A stretch of DNA of 62,953 nt from Armatimonadia bacterium (lineage in GTDB: Bacteria; Armatimonadota; Zipacnadia; Zipacnadales; UBA11051): assembly GCA_039683575.1 (NCBI GenBank), contig JBDKRC010000044.1:1-62953 (forward strand). Reading direction: 5' to 3'. This document shows positions 1 to 10,040 of the stretch, piece after piece. Positions within the stretch are counted from its first letter, which is position 1, and each line of letters starts with the position of its first letter. The notes under the pieces were generated by a model. That model saw only the letters and a program-made list of their open reading frames with translations. It had not been told where the DNA came from and did not search any database. The translations under genes and the position numbers were made by a program.

Positions 1-3000
1 CTGACGATCAGAGCCCAGCAGGGCAAGCGAGGCCTGCTTCTACAGAACGGGGCGCTCTGCGACCCCGCCACCCGCAACTACTCCTTCCGGGGCTACTGGC
101 GCTGCCGGGACCTTGGCCCTGACTGGATCATCCGCATCGGCATCACCGCCTCCAGGGGCAAGACCGTCACCAAGTGGCTTCAGAACCTGCACCTCAGCCA
201 CCCGGCCACGGCCGACTGGAGTCCCTTCCGCCTCGACTTCACCGTACCGGATGACGTTAACGAGCTCTCCGCCTTTATCGGTCTCTGGTATGCCGAAGAC
301 CTCGTACCCAATCCTCCGCCCGGCGGCGGCCGACTATGGTTCGAAGACGTGTCGCTCGAACCGGTGCTCAAAGTAGCCGCCGCTCCCGCCGCGAAGCCGA
401 AACAGGAGGGCGTCGTCATCGACGGCCTCTTCCCTGGCGGCGAGCGGGGCGTCTTCACCCCCGGCCAGCCGGTCCAGCTCATGCTGGTCGGCAACAACTA
501 CGACGCCACTCCCGCCGAATTCGACCTCACACTGAAGATCAAGGACTTTGAGGATCAGCCCGCTGGCGAGAAGACCGTGCCGGTGAAGCTGGAGGCGGGC
601 AAGCCCTTCGCCATTCCCGTTGACCTCGCCGCCCCCGCCAAGCGCGGGTTCTTCTGCGTCTCCGGTGGCCTGCAACGCGCTGGCAAGCTCGTCACCCCGC
701 TCGAGACCTCCTTCTGCGTCATCGAGCCGGTCAAGTCGCAGGATCCCTTCTTCTTCGCCGACGTCAACGGCGCGGAAAGCGAACTCGTCGCCGCGATGCG
801 CCTGATCGGCGTCTCCGGCCGCAAGATCGGCCTCGTTTTCCCCAACATGCCAGCAGAGTACCGCGGCAAGGAGTTGCAGTGGTGGCAGGAGCAGCTAGCC
901 ACTGGCTCGCAAGCCCCGTACTGGAACTCCGACCTCCTGCTCATTGGCAACATCTATCTCGGCTTCTTCGTACCGCGCGACATGCTCGACAAAGTCGCCG
1001 AACGCCGCCGCCTGGGGCTCTTCCCGTACCCGGATGAAGTCTTCAAGCTCTTTGGTGACTTTGTAGAAGCACAGGCCACCGCGATGAAGGGCCGCGCCAA
1101 GATTTGGGTCCTCTCGGAGGAAATTGACGGCACCATCGGCATACCCGACCTCCAAAGTGGCAGCCAGCACGCGGAACTGATGCGCTACATCCTCGCCTCG
1201 CGCATTGCCTACGAGCGCATCAAGAAGGTAGACCCCGAGAACATCGTGGTTGGCCTCGCGGTCTCGGGCGACTTCAACCCCGTCCCGCGCTATCAACTGG
1301 TCCGCCGCCTGCTGCCGGATCTCAAGGACTACACCGACGTCATTGGCCCTGACCTCTATACCGACCCGTGGAACTGGCTCAAGGAAGTCAGCCGCGGCCC
1401 CGAGGCCGGCGAGATGCGCCAGAAGCTGCTCGACACCATCGCGCTGCAAAAGAGCCTCGGCAAGCGCCCGCAGACCAGTGTCTCCGAGCGCGGCTACTCC
1501 CAGCCCTGTCACCTCTCCCCCGACCACCCGATTGAAAAGCTCTACGCCCAGCTCAATAGCCGCAGCCTCATCATCGCCAAGTCCGTCCCCGGAGTGCTCT
1601 TCTACGCCCACCACATGATGTGCTCCGGTGCCGGCAACCGCGTTCGCGAGGGCGCGACCTCGACCGACGAGAACCCCCTGCTCGACATGGCGATGTGGAA
1701 GGCGATTCCCGACCACACCCGCAAGTTCTGGTACCGTCCCCGCACTGCCGTCGCAGCCTGGGCCACGGTCGCCCGCACCCTAGCCGGTAGCACCGATTGC
1801 ACCGAGGTGCTCCCGCAGGCCGGGCTCTACAGCTACGTCTTCAAATGCCCGGACCGCTCCGTTGCCGTCCTCTGGACCACCGACGCCAAGCCCTGTGAGA
1901 TGCGCCTCGCCCTGCCACAGGCAGTCGACTGCAGCGACCTCATGGGCAATACCCGCAAACTCGACAAGGGCGAAACCCCTCTCACCCTCACCGGCTCGCC
2001 AATCTTCCTCACCAGCGCCTCATCCCCCGACGCCCTGGCCGAGGCCCTCCGCCGGGGTAACCTCCCCGGCCGCATGGCAGTGAAAGCCGCCGCCCGTCTC
2101 TCAGCCCTCGACCGCGTGACGGTTGACCTCGTCAACCAGTCCGCCCAGCCTCAGGAGGCAACCGTGCAGGTGCAGAGCCTCGCAGGCGCGACGCCCCTGG
2201 AGAGCACGCTGAAAGCGGCCTTACCGGCCAATGGGAAGATGAAACTGGAGATTCCGCTGAAGAACGTCCAAGTGGCCAGACTGGGGCAATTACAGGCCAC
2301 CCTCAGAGCGGGCGATCAGGCTGCCGCTCTTGTGGCCGACCTCTCCGCCACGCCCATTCCTCTCGCCCCGCAGGTGAAAGTGGACGGAGACCTGTCCGAG
2401 TGGTCCAAACTGCCGCCCCTGACCCTCGACGGCCCCGAATGGCTCCTGCCGACTCGCGATGCGGCCCGCCGTGGGGAATGGGCGGGCCCGCAAGACCTCA
2501 GTGCGAGAGTTAACCTCGCATGGGACGAAAAGTACCTCTATGTCGCGGCGCGCGTCCGCGACGACGTCCACCTCCAGACCCAGTCTGACGACAAGATCTG
2601 GATGAACGACTGCCTCCAACTCGCCTTCGACACCCTCAACGACGCCCTGCCGCAGGACCTCACGGCCCCGGGCTATGACGCCAATGACTACAACCTTGCC
2701 GTCGCGCTCACGCCCAACGGCCCGCAGGCCTATACCTTCGTCGAACGCGGCTCCAGCGCCAACGCCGACCCGCGCACCTTCCCGCTGGCGATCAAGCGCC
2801 AGGGGGACGAGACCTGCTATGAGTTGGCCGTGCCCTGGGAGTTGCTCAGGCCCGCACAGCCAGCCGCCGGGAAGACCCTCGCCTTCAGCTTCGCCCTCTT
2901 TGATGTGGACGAGCCGGAGGACAAGCAGGCGAGCTACTGGCTCGGCCTGACTCCCGGGATCGCAAATGGCCAGGACCCCTCGGCGTACCGAACGTTCATC

Positions 3001-3012
3001 CTGACGAAGTGA
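1..3012 (+). CDS. Large modular carbohydrate-active protein, 5'-partial: CBM4/9-like domain, clan GH-A-like barrel, C-terminal CBM9-like domain
   Basis: Frame 1 is open from base 1, well upstream of the track start at 349, and contains a CBM-like end motif GRLWFEDVSLE. Candidate catalytic motifs are LSEEIDG and SERGY. The C-terminal VDGDLSEW...DLSARVNLAWDEKYLYVAARVRDD is typical of CBM9-like domains. Confidence 0.7.
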   Translation: MTIRAQQGKRGLLLQNGALCDPATRNYSFRGYWRCRDLGPDWIIRIGITASRGKTVTKWLQNLHLSHPATADWSPFRLDFTVPDDVNELSAFIGLWYAEDLVPNPPPGGGRLWFEDVSLEPVLKVAAAPAAKPKQEGVVIDGLFPGGERGVFTPGQPVQLMLVGNNYDATPAEFDLTLKIKDFEDQPAGEKTVPVKLEAGKPFAIPVDLAAPAKRGFFCVSGGLQRAGKLVTPLETSFCVIEPVKSQDPFFFADVNGAESELVAAMRLIGVSGRKIGLVFPNMPAEYRGKELQWWQEQLATGSQAPYWNSDLLLIGNIYLGFFVPRDMLDKVAERRRLGLFPYPDEVFKLFGDFVEAQATAMKGRAKIWVLSEEIDGTIGIPDLQSGSQHAELMRYILASRIAYERIKKVDPENIVVGLAVSGDFNPVPRYQLVRRLLPDLKDYTDVIGPDLYTDPWNWLKEVSRGPEAGEMRQKLLDTIALQKSLGKRPQTSVSERGYSQPCHLSPDHPIEKLYAQLNSRSLIIAKSVPGVLFYAHHMMCSGAGNRVREGATSTDENPLLDMAMWKAIPDHTRKFWYRPRTAVAAWATVARTLAGSTDCTEVLPQAGLYSYVFKCPDRSVAVLWTTDAKPCEMRLALPQAVDCSDLMGNTRKLDKGETPLTLTGSPIFLTSASSPDALAEALRRGNLPGRMAVKAAARLSALDRVTVDLVNQSAQPQEATVQVQSLAGATPLESTLKAALPANGKMKLEIPLKNVQVARLGQLQATLRAGDQAAALVADLSATPIPLAPQVKVDGDLSEWSKLPPLTLDGPEWLLPTRDAARRGEWAGPQDLSARVNLAWDEKYLYVAARVRDDVHLQTQSDDKIWMNDCLQLAFDTLNDALPQDLTAPGYDANDYNLAVALTPNGPQAYTFVERGSSANADPRTFPLAIKRQGDETCYELAVPWELLRPAQPAAGKTLAFSFALFDVDEPEDKQASYWLGLTPGIANGQDPSAYRTFILTK

Positions 3013-3201
3013 TCACCGGGCCGGCACCCTTGCCAGCCGGTCAAGCAGGCCCTCCACCATCTGCAGTCGCTCCTGCAGGCCCTCCTTGACGAGGGCCAGG
3101 TCCGTGTGGTGAATCTCCGGCGGCAGCTCCCGCCGCTCCCGGGCCAGGAGGTCGATCACCAGTTCCAACTCCTGCGCACTCAGTGACAATTGCATGGGCA
3201 T
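3013..3201 (-). CDS. Small helical hypothetical protein (about 62 aa)
   Basis: GGAGGTG SD lies 6 nt before ATG 3201. Amphipathic sequence with EIHHTD motif; converges on the preceding gene. Confidence 0.6.
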   Translation of the reverse strand: MPMQLSLSAQELELVIDLLARERRELPPEIHHTDLALVKEGLQERLQMVEGLLDRLARVPAR

Positions 3202-3279
3202 CAACATCACCTCCACCCGTTTCCACCATTGACGCTCTTCTTCATCTGGTGTTTCACTCGGCTGAGGATGATTGTGCCG

Positions 3280-3561
3280 CTATCGCACCCGCCGCTTTAG
3301 CTCATCGTAGGAAAGACTGCGGTGCCCCACCAGGAGCACCTCAACAGTGCTGGCCTCCTCATCAACATAGTAGATGATCCGGTAGCTGCCGACCCTCGCC
3401 CGCCTATAGCCGGCGAAAGCCCCGCTGAGGCCGATACTGCCCCTCGCCCGCGGATCAGTTGCGAGGCCCCGTATCGCCTCAAGCAGACGTTCATGCATCT
3501 TTGGGTCGATCTTGCGGAAGTCCCTCTGGACGCTGGGATGGACGGTGATCCTGTAACTCAT
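3280..3561 (-). CDS. relE: RelE/ParE-family type II toxin
   Basis: 93 aa basic protein, MSYRITV...YRRARVGSYRIIYYVDE...VGHR; ATGA overlap with the upstream gene. Confidence 0.9.
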   Translation of the reverse strand: MSYRITVHPSVQRDFRKIDPKMHERLLEAIRGLATDPRARGSIGLSGAFAGYRRARVGSYRIIYYVDEEASTVEVLLVGHRSLSYDELKRRVR

Positions 3562-3842
3562 GAGCCGAGTGATTTCTCGAACTCATCGAGCCCCAGATAC
3601 TCACCTTCAGGCGTTGTCTCGCGCCGCTCCTTGGCCACCCGCGCAAACCACCCGTCAACCATCCGCTCTGAAAGTACGCCCCCGCGCGCCAACCACGCGT
3701 CAAGGTCAGCCTTGCGGAACAGCCACTTGCGCCCAGTCTTTGCCGCCGGCAACTCCCCCGCCCGCGCCTTGCGCTTCAGTGTGTCAACGCCCAGCCGCAG
3801 GTACTCCGCAGCCTCCTGGCTTGTCATGGTGTCCTGTGCCAT
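3558..3842 (-). CDS. Putative antitoxin with excisionase-like (HTH_17) N-terminal domain and acidic C-terminus
   Basis: MTSQEAAEYLRLGVDTLKRKARAGELPAAKTGRKWLFRKADLDAWL, then EGEYLGLDEFEKSLG; translationally coupled to relE. Start moved to ATG 3842 (GAGG upstream). Confidence 0.75.
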   Translation of the reverse strand: MAQDTMTSQEAAEYLRLGVDTLKRKARAGELPAAKTGRKWLFRKADLDAWLARGGVLSERMVDGWFARVAKERRETTPEGEYLGLDEFEKSLGS

Positions 3843-3882
3843 CTGTAATGCCTCATTTGCACGATAATGCTCGATACAGCCC

Positions 3883-3891
3883 ATTATACCA
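3883..3891 (-). promoter_or_regulatory. Extended -10 promoter element of the TA operon
   Basis: TGGTATAAT (TGn-TATAAT) on the minus strand about 40 nt upstream of the antitoxin start. Confidence 0.5.
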
Positions 3892-3934
3892 CACAATGAT
3901 CCGTTGTAACACGCCATATTGGCTCATTTCTGAC

Positions 3935-6900
3935 CTACTTCAGCCTCGCCCCGCCCCAAACCGCATGGTCGCTGCCGATCCCGTCCCCTGCATCCGTCGT
4001 ATACAGCCGCAGGTACTTCGCCCTCCCCAACTCCACCTTCACCGTCACCGGCTCCTCCCCGCCCCGCAACGTCGGTGACGTATAAAGCGTCTGCCACGGC
4101 CCCTTCGCCTCGCCACCCACCTGCACCTTGAACGCCGCGCTGCCGTTGCCGCTGGCTGACGTGCTGATCCCCACATCCGAGTAAAGCGTCAAACCCGGCT
4201 TGTCTGGCGGCAGCAGGTACACAACCTCCCCATGCACCCCGTCCGGGCTCGGTTCCGGGCACAGGGTCAGGCACTTCACATACACTCGGTCCGCAATCTG
4301 CGCCGGGTTCCCGATATAGTCCCGATCCAGGATCAGCCCCCCATGAGCAAACGAACTCACCGCCTGCAGATCACTAAGGTATATCGCCCCCGCATCCTGC
4401 GGCACGCGGATCATGAACGCCACCGGCAGCACCATCCTCTGCCGGTCCACCGACTTGTCCGCTACCGACACCTCCACCGCCACCTTCCGCGTCTGCCGCT
4501 CCTCCCCCAGCGCCCGTTGTAGATCAACCTCCACCTTCAGCCCCTTCCCATCCCCCGCTGCAGTCGCCGTCACCACCCCCGCCTCCGCCGGCTTGCCATT
4601 CACCCCGACCTTCAGCGACCCCACGTCCAGCGGGTTCTCCGCCTCCCTGATCTCCACCGTCAGCCGCTTCGGCGCCTCAATCCACCCCAAATCCTTCGCC
4701 TTCTCTGGGTCAACCTCTTGCCCGTCCATCGCCAGCCGCACCACCTGCGGCGGCGTCGTATAGTTCAGGTTCAGCCACGCCGGCTTGTCCGCCACCAGCG
4801 TGATCGCCTCGTCATCACTCGCGCTGAAAGCCCCCTGCCCCTTTCCCGCCTCCTTCCACTCTCCCGCCCCCGACCTCTGCCACAGCCCCGCCTCCGTCGC
4901 CTTGCACTTCACCTCAACCGGCCCCGTCGCCCGCAGCCCATATTGCTTCCACTCCGTCGCCCCCTCCCGCCGGAAGCAGAAGTCATTCGCCACCTGCACC
5001 TGCAGCCCCGGCTGCACCCCGTAGATCACATACCAATCCCCCACCTTGATCCCCTCGGCCGCGAGGTTCACCTTCTCCACCAGTCCCACCGTATCGCCGC
5101 CATACCCGCCGCCCACCCTGTTCACGTTCTTGATCGTGTACAGCTTGTTCTGCTCTGGGAACCACAGCTTCAAACCGTTGTACCACGGGTTGTTACCATG
5201 ATCCACCATCGGCCGCCAGGTTTTGATTACGTTCTGCCGGTCAGTCGGCAGCACCGTTACCTGGTGCCAGCTAACCACAAACGGCGCCGCGTCCTGCATA
5301 TCCACGCGCACGAGCCCGCCCGGCAGCGCCGTCACCTTCTCCACCCGCCAGCCCTCGTTCCCTGGATCGCGCAGTTCGCTTTCATACCGCACCAGTAGTT
5401 GCCGCCCCTTCAGGTTCGTCCCCACTGGCCACGGCCTATCCGGCCGTATCACCAGCGCACTCTCCTGCCGCGTTCCCGTCAGGTCCCCGATCACATCCAC
5501 AATCGTCCCGCCAAACTCCCCCGCCGCCTTTACTCCAAAACCCGGCAGCTTCAGGTAAGTCCCCCGGCACATCTCACTCTCCAGCGTCTCCCCCTTCCCA
5601 TCCCTCCGCACCAGCGCATACCGCGCATCGGTCTCTACCCCATCCGCCAGCTTCACCACTCCCGCGTCGGACTGGTACACCACCACATCACTATGCCCCG
5701 CCGCCATCTCCAGCTTCAGCGCCACAATCTCCCGCTCCGGCCCCTTCACACTCGTCGCCTGCAGCGGCGTGACGCTCTTGATAACCGACTGCTCGCCCTC
5801 ACGATACCCCTCCAGGATATGGACATAACGGCTATCCACCGTCTTCTGTCCCTCCGCCGGCAGCCTCCGCTCCACCACAATGTCCCGCGCATCCCTGAAC
5901 GCCACATACCCATCCGCCCGTTGCCCATTCGGCAGCGGCTGGTGCAGCCACCCCACCCACGGTCCCTGCCCCCGAATGAGCTCCGTCCGGGCCTTGTCGG
6001 GCATACCGATCATCCGCAGCCTCACCTGCCCCGTATCACCCGCCCACGGCCTCGCAAACGGCTTCCCATTCGCATCCCGCGGCGCGTACTGCCCCACATC
6101 CTGCTTCCACGTCATACCCCACTGCCCCGTCGGCGCCCCCAGCACCTCAACCTTCCGCATCTGCCTGAAGCTCTGTTGCTCGACCGAGTCCTCCTTCGCC
6201 GCCTCCGGGTTGTCCTTCGCATACACCTCCGCCAGCGTCTCCGCCTTCGACTTGGCCGGCGGCAGCTCCGTCTCCACCGCGTCCCCAAACACGCTGTTGT
6301 AGAGCGCCTGCCGCCCCTCACCCTTCGCCTTCAGGATATCTACCGCATAGGGCCGCCCATCCGGCCCCTCAACTCCGATGACAGTCCGCCGGAACTCGTC
6401 CATCTTCCGGTCCACCCGCGACCACGAGTAGTGGTCCACCACCTCCAGCACCTGGAACCCCGATCCCGGCTCTCCCGCCGCCTCGCCGCCCTTGAAGGTC
6501 ACGACCTCCCCGTACCCCCGGTTGTCATCCCATCCCGCCCCCACGCCCTTCTCGTCCACCGTCAGGTTATTCTGGCACAGCGGGCTATGGCACCAGTTCC
6601 ACGTCCAGTTATCCGGCGGACGCCCCGCTTCCACGATCTCCTTCGGGTAGCCCATCTTCCTGAGCGCCGCCACCTCCGGCCGCTCCCATTGTAGCCGCGC
6701 ATTGCTCCAGTACGCCGCATAGCCGCCCCGCCGCAACATAGGTATCCCGTCCACCCAGCACTCCAGGCCCAGTGCATCCTGCGCGTTGTGCAGGCTCGCC
6801 CGCGTGTACGTCAGTCCCAACTCCTGCCGGTGCCCCGGCCCCCCAATCCGCATGATCCCCACGCCATACCCCGCCCAGTTCCTGCTCCCCACCCTCTCAG

Positions 6901-8353
6901 TCTCCCGAAGCTGCGCCGGGTTGGTCACCAGCGGCGGGAACACCTGCTCATGCTGGTCCCCGAACTCCACCTGCAGCCCCCGCACAGTAGTCAGCTTCCG
7001 CATCTCCGCATTCGCCGCCTGGTAGAACGGGTGGTCCTCCAAGAACTTCGGATAGTACTGCAGCCAGCCCTTCGGGTCTGCCAGGAAGGGGTAGAAGTAC
7101 CCTCCCGGCATGGCCATATAGTTGGGAGCCCCCTCCCCGTTCAGTCCGTCCTGATAGGTGTGGTTATACATCGCCACTTCCTGCGCCGGCCCCGCGAAAT
7201 CCACCAGCACCGGGTCCTCCGCCAGTATCCCCAGCAGCCACATATCCACATAGTTCGCTTCCTGGTAGTTTGTGAGCAGCTTCTGAGAGAACACTCCCTC
7301 AAACATCAGGGCCAGCTCCCGCATCAGCTTGTAGGTGATCTTCTTATCCAGCGCCTCCGGGTCCCCGTACTTGATCTTCGAGTAAGCCTTGAACGTCGGA
7401 TGGTGCCGCACCCGCCCAAACGGCTCCACCCAGATGTGCTCATCCATCATGTTGAGCCATCCCGGGCTCGAATGCGGCATCCGCCGCCCCCAGGCACCCA
7501 ACTCCCCCACCTCAAAGATAGCGGGCCGTGGCAGCGCCTCCCACTCCGCCCGCGACAGCCCCTTCCCCTCTTTGCCCATGCACAGGTGATTGTCCCAAGC
7601 CAGCGGCAGCCCGTAGTAGGTGTCCGCTACCTCATCCAGCAGCACCGCCACCTTGTGTACATAAAGCGGGTCCGCCGTCTCCGCAAACTTCTGCGCATAC
7701 TGCCGCACCAGTTCCCCGCCCTCGCTCAGCCACCGCTTGTGGTCAAACAGGGTCTTGATGAATAGCTCCCAGACCACCCCATCCTTGTCCGTATACACCG
7801 TGCACGGGGCCTCATACCAGGTATCATCAAGGTGCAGGAACTTGACCTTCTCCGTAGGCCGCAGCGCATAGCCCTCGGGCATATCCTTCTCGCGCCCCCA
7901 AAGCTCCCTCCGGCAGCAGGTAGTGGTCGCGTGGTACGGATTCTTCGGGTCCGCCGTCATCCCAAACGCCCACGCCCCACAAAGCGGGCAGTAGCTCGTA
8001 AACGCCGCATCCGCTTTGCCCGGCGCCGCCTGCCCCGACCTCACTTGCGCAAAGGGCGTGATATGCCGCGGAAAATCCGCCCGCAACTCCGCATCCGCAG
8101 GCGCGGTGGCGGCGTACTTGGCATAGGCTTCCTCCGCCCCGAGCGCCGGGTGCTCCTTGTTCCACCGCTCCACTTGCTGCCTGGTCCAGTCGGCAAACAG
8201 ATTCTCCCGCGTAAGCTTCGGAATCTTCCGCCCGGGGATCAACTCGGCAACCTTGGCCCCTCTCTCCGGCGCCGACCAGACCGGCCCCACCTCCGCCGCC
8301 TCAGCCACGCCAAAGCCACCCACAACAATCACCGCCAAAAGAGCAGCAATCAT
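3935..8353 (-). CDS. Very large secreted protein with heparinase II/III-like lyase domain and C-terminal NPCBM/NEW2 domain
   Basis: AAGGAGG SD before ATG 8353; signal peptide MIAALLAVIVVGGFGVAEAA; HNAQDALGL and HSPLCQNNLTVD motifs; C-terminal IYLSDL...LRLYTTDAGDGIGSDHAVWGGARL. Confidence 0.7.
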   Translation of the reverse strand: MIAALLAVIVVGGFGVAEAAEVGPVWSAPERGAKVAELIPGRKIPKLTRENLFADWTRQQVERWNKEHPALGAEEAYAKYAATAPADAELRADFPRHITPFAQVRSGQAAPGKADAAFTSYCPLCGAWAFGMTADPKNPYHATTTCCRRELWGREKDMPEGYALRPTEKVKFLHLDDTWYEAPCTVYTDKDGVVWELFIKTLFDHKRWLSEGGELVRQYAQKFAETADPLYVHKVAVLLDEVADTYYGLPLAWDNHLCMGKEGKGLSRAEWEALPRPAIFEVGELGAWGRRMPHSSPGWLNMMDEHIWVEPFGRVRHHPTFKAYSKIKYGDPEALDKKITYKLMRELALMFEGVFSQKLLTNYQEANYVDMWLLGILAEDPVLVDFAGPAQEVAMYNHTYQDGLNGEGAPNYMAMPGGYFYPFLADPKGWLQYYPKFLEDHPFYQAANAEMRKLTTVRGLQVEFGDQHEQVFPPLVTNPAQLRETERVGSRNWAGYGVGIMRIGGPGHRQELGLTYTRASLHNAQDALGLECWVDGIPMLRRGGYAAYWSNARLQWERPEVAALRKMGYPKEIVEAGRPPDNWTWNWCHSPLCQNNLTVDEKGVGAGWDDNRGYGEVVTFKGGEAAGEPGSGFQVLEVVDHYSWSRVDRKMDEFRRTVIGVEGPDGRPYAVDILKAKGEGRQALYNSVFGDAVETELPPAKSKAETLAEVYAKDNPEAAKEDSVEQQSFRQMRKVEVLGAPTGQWGMTWKQDVGQYAPRDANGKPFARPWAGDTGQVRLRMIGMPDKARTELIRGQGPWVGWLHQPLPNGQRADGYVAFRDARDIVVERRLPAEGQKTVDSRYVHILEGYREGEQSVIKSVTPLQATSVKGPEREIVALKLEMAAGHSDVVVYQSDAGVVKLADGVETDARYALVRRDGKGETLESEMCRGTYLKLPGFGVKAAGEFGGTIVDVIGDLTGTRQESALVIRPDRPWPVGTNLKGRQLLVRYESELRDPGNEGWRVEKVTALPGGLVRVDMQDAAPFVVSWHQVTVLPTDRQNVIKTWRPMVDHGNNPWYNGLKLWFPEQNKLYTIKNVNRVGGGYGGDTVGLVEKVNLAAEGIKVGDWYVIYGVQPGLQVQVANDFCFRREGATEWKQYGLRATGPVEVKCKATEAGLWQRSGAGEWKEAGKGQGAFSASDDEAITLVADKPAWLNLNYTTPPQVVRLAMDGQEVDPEKAKDLGWIEAPKRLTVEIREAENPLDVGSLKVGVNGKPAEAGVVTATAAGDGKGLKVEVDLQRALGEERQTRKVAVEVSVADKSVDRQRMVLPVAFMIRVPQDAGAIYLSDLQAVSSFAHGGLILDRDYIGNPAQIADRVYVKCLTLCPEPSPDGVHGEVVYLLPPDKPGLTLYSDVGISTSASGNGSAAFKVQVGGEAKGPWQTLYTSPTLRGGEEPVTVKVELGRAKYLRLYTTDAGDGIGSDHAVWGGARLK

Positions 8354-8465
8354 CTCAAGCCTCCTTAACTTCCGTACCCCCAACCCGGCCGCCTGTAGGA
8401 GCGCTCACCAAAGCGCGATCATCCACGCCGACCTTCCGCCAACGCCGCTCAACCCCGTCCAACCG

Positions 8466-8544
8466 TGTCATCCTGAGAAGCGTCGTTTGCGACGAAGGAT
8501 CTCCTCCCGCCCCCCCGAGATTCTTCGCTTCGCTCAGAATGACA
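8466..8544. repeat. REP-like inverted doublet, GTCAT family (TGTCATTCTGAG...GAAGAATC), representative copy
   Basis: TGTCATCCTGAG...CTCAGAATGACA. Further copies near 50990, 51119-51208, 52830, 54366-54473, 58919-59001, 59096-59179, 61425-61651 and 62688-62780. Confidence 0.85.
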
Positions 8545-8556
8545 AGGCTCAATGTG

Positions 8557-8613
8557 CCCGCCGTTGTTCCCGCCGTTCCCGCCGTACCTGTTCCCGCCTC
8601 ACCCGTTCCCGCC
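8557..8613 (-). repeat. Short degenerate tandem repeat (GGCGGGAACGG units on the minus strand)
   Basis: CCGTTCCCGCC-like units; the same motif occurs on the + strand at about 49625-49672, 56808-56870, 58851 and 59027. Confidence 0.7.
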
Positions 8614-8620
8614 CTCCATC

Positions 8621-8664
8621 TTTTACACCCCCGTCACTCAAGTCACAGTCCCTCCTGCCGATAA
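8621..8664 (+). promoter_or_regulatory. Sigma28 (FliA/SigD)-type promoter upstream of rpoN
   Basis: TCAA(8638-41)-N15-GCCGATAA(8657-64), preceded by TTTTACA at 8621. Confidence 0.75.
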
Positions 8665-8713
8665 CCCTTTCGGCCCAATCTTCGCTCCATACCGCCGCGT
8701 CCCGGGGGACCTC

Positions 8714-10021
8714 ATGGTTGCGCTCAGCACCCAGCTTCTTACTCAGCCGCGTCTGCAGCAATCCGTCTCGCCGCAGGTCATCCTGCAAAGCCACATACTC
8801 GAACTGGCCGCCGACGACCTGCGCGAGCGCGTGGCTGCTGAATTACAGGACAACCCTGCGCTCGAATTGGCCGACGATGTCTATTTCCTTCCCGCTCCAG
8901 TCGCCCCTCCGGCCCTGCCGTATGACTCCGTGGAGGCGCTCGAACGCCTCTGCGCTCCCTATACTCTCGCCGATGACCTCCGTCTTCAGCTAACCCACGT
9001 TCCCGAGCAGCACCGCTCTCTTTGCGAATACCTCATCGAATGCCTCGACGACCGTGGCTTCCTCGACGCCGACTTGCGCGACGTCGCCGCCCACTTCGAC
9101 ACCACGACGGGGCAAGCCGAAGCCGCTCTCGCTCATCTGCAGGCCCTCGAACCCGCCGGCATAGGTGCCCGCAACCTTCGCGAATGCCTCCTGCTCCAGC
9201 TAGACCGCTTCAACGCCGCCCAAGTCCCGCCCCACACCCGCGACTTCATCTCCGCCTATCTCAACACCGACCGCCAGGGCTCGCCCAGCCAGACCGCTGG
9301 CGCGCTCGGGCTCGCAGACAACGATTTCGCCGCGATCATCAAGTTCATAGCCTCCCGCCTGCACATGTGGCCTGCGGACAAGTTCCACGACGACCAGCAC
9401 TCCCTGAACGAGCCCGCCCACGCCCTCTTCCCGGACGCCCGTATCACCCTCGACGGCGAGCAACTCAGCGTCCAGGTCTCTCAATCCTGGTCCCGCGCTC
9501 TCCGCGTCAGCGAGGCCTATTCCCGCCTCGAACGCGACCTCACCGCCCGCCCCACGGGGCAGGAGGGACAGAGCCTCACCGAGCGCATTCAAGAGGCCCG
9601 TACCTTCATCCACCAGCTAACCCGCCGGGAGACCATGCTCAAGCAGGTTACCGAGGCCATCGCCGCCCACCAGTACGACTTCTTCTTCGACGGCGCCCAG
9701 GCCCTCCAGCCCCTCACCCGCAAGGAGATAGCCACTCGGGTGGGCGTCCACGAGTCCACAATCAGCCGCGTAACCGCCGGCAAGTACGTGCAACTCCCCA
9801 ACGAGCAACTCGTCCCCTTCGACTACTTCTTCGACAACTCCCTCTCTGCCAAGGCCATCCTCCGCTCCCTTATAGAGCGTGAAGACCCCCGCCGCCCCCT
9901 TTCCGACGGCGCCCTGGCCACCCGCTTGCAGTCCGCGGGCTACCCCCTCGCCCGCCGCACGGTAGCCAAATACCGCGACGCCCTGGACCTCCCGCCCGCC
10001 CACCAACGCAAACGCGCCTAG
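8714..10021 (+). CDS. rpoN: RNA polymerase sigma-54 factor
   Basis: Region I QPRLQQSVSPQVILQSHILEL...ELQDNPALE; LEPAGIGARNLRECLLLQL; HESTISRVT; RpoN box ARRTVAKYR. The track's extension from 8552 is repeat-derived. Confidence 0.95.
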   Translation: MVALSTQLLTQPRLQQSVSPQVILQSHILELAADDLRERVAAELQDNPALELADDVYFLPAPVAPPALPYDSVEALERLCAPYTLADDLRLQLTHVPEQHRSLCEYLIECLDDRGFLDADLRDVAAHFDTTTGQAEAALAHLQALEPAGIGARNLRECLLLQLDRFNAAQVPPHTRDFISAYLNTDRQGSPSQTAGALGLADNDFAAIIKFIASRLHMWPADKFHDDQHSLNEPAHALFPDARITLDGEQLSVQVSQSWSRALRVSEAYSRLERDLTARPTGQEGQSLTERIQEARTFIHQLTRRETMLKQVTEAIAAHQYDFFFDGAQALQPLTRKEIATRVGVHESTISRVTAGKYVQLPNEQLVPFDYFFDNSLSAKAILRSLIEREDPRRPLSDGALATRLQSAGYPLARRTVAKYRDALDLPPAHQRKRA

Positions 10022-10040
10022 TGCCGCCGCCCCGTCCGCT

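Noticed and set aside
3558-3842. Excisionase of a prophage or integrative element
   Set aside because: No integrase, att site or phage genes nearby; the gene is coupled to relE.
4232-8368. Long + strand ORFs (for example 5399-6694 and 6788-7765) and similar ones elsewhere (41563-42768, 61495-62745)
   Set aside because: Shadow frames of real genes caused by high GC; Pro/Arg/His-rich with no domains.
8552-8713. N-terminal extensions given by the ORF track for rpoN, flhA, fliF, flgF, flgA, flgL, csrA and the bEBP
   Set aside because: They run through repeats or promoters; downstream starts fit family N-termini and SD or promoter positions better.
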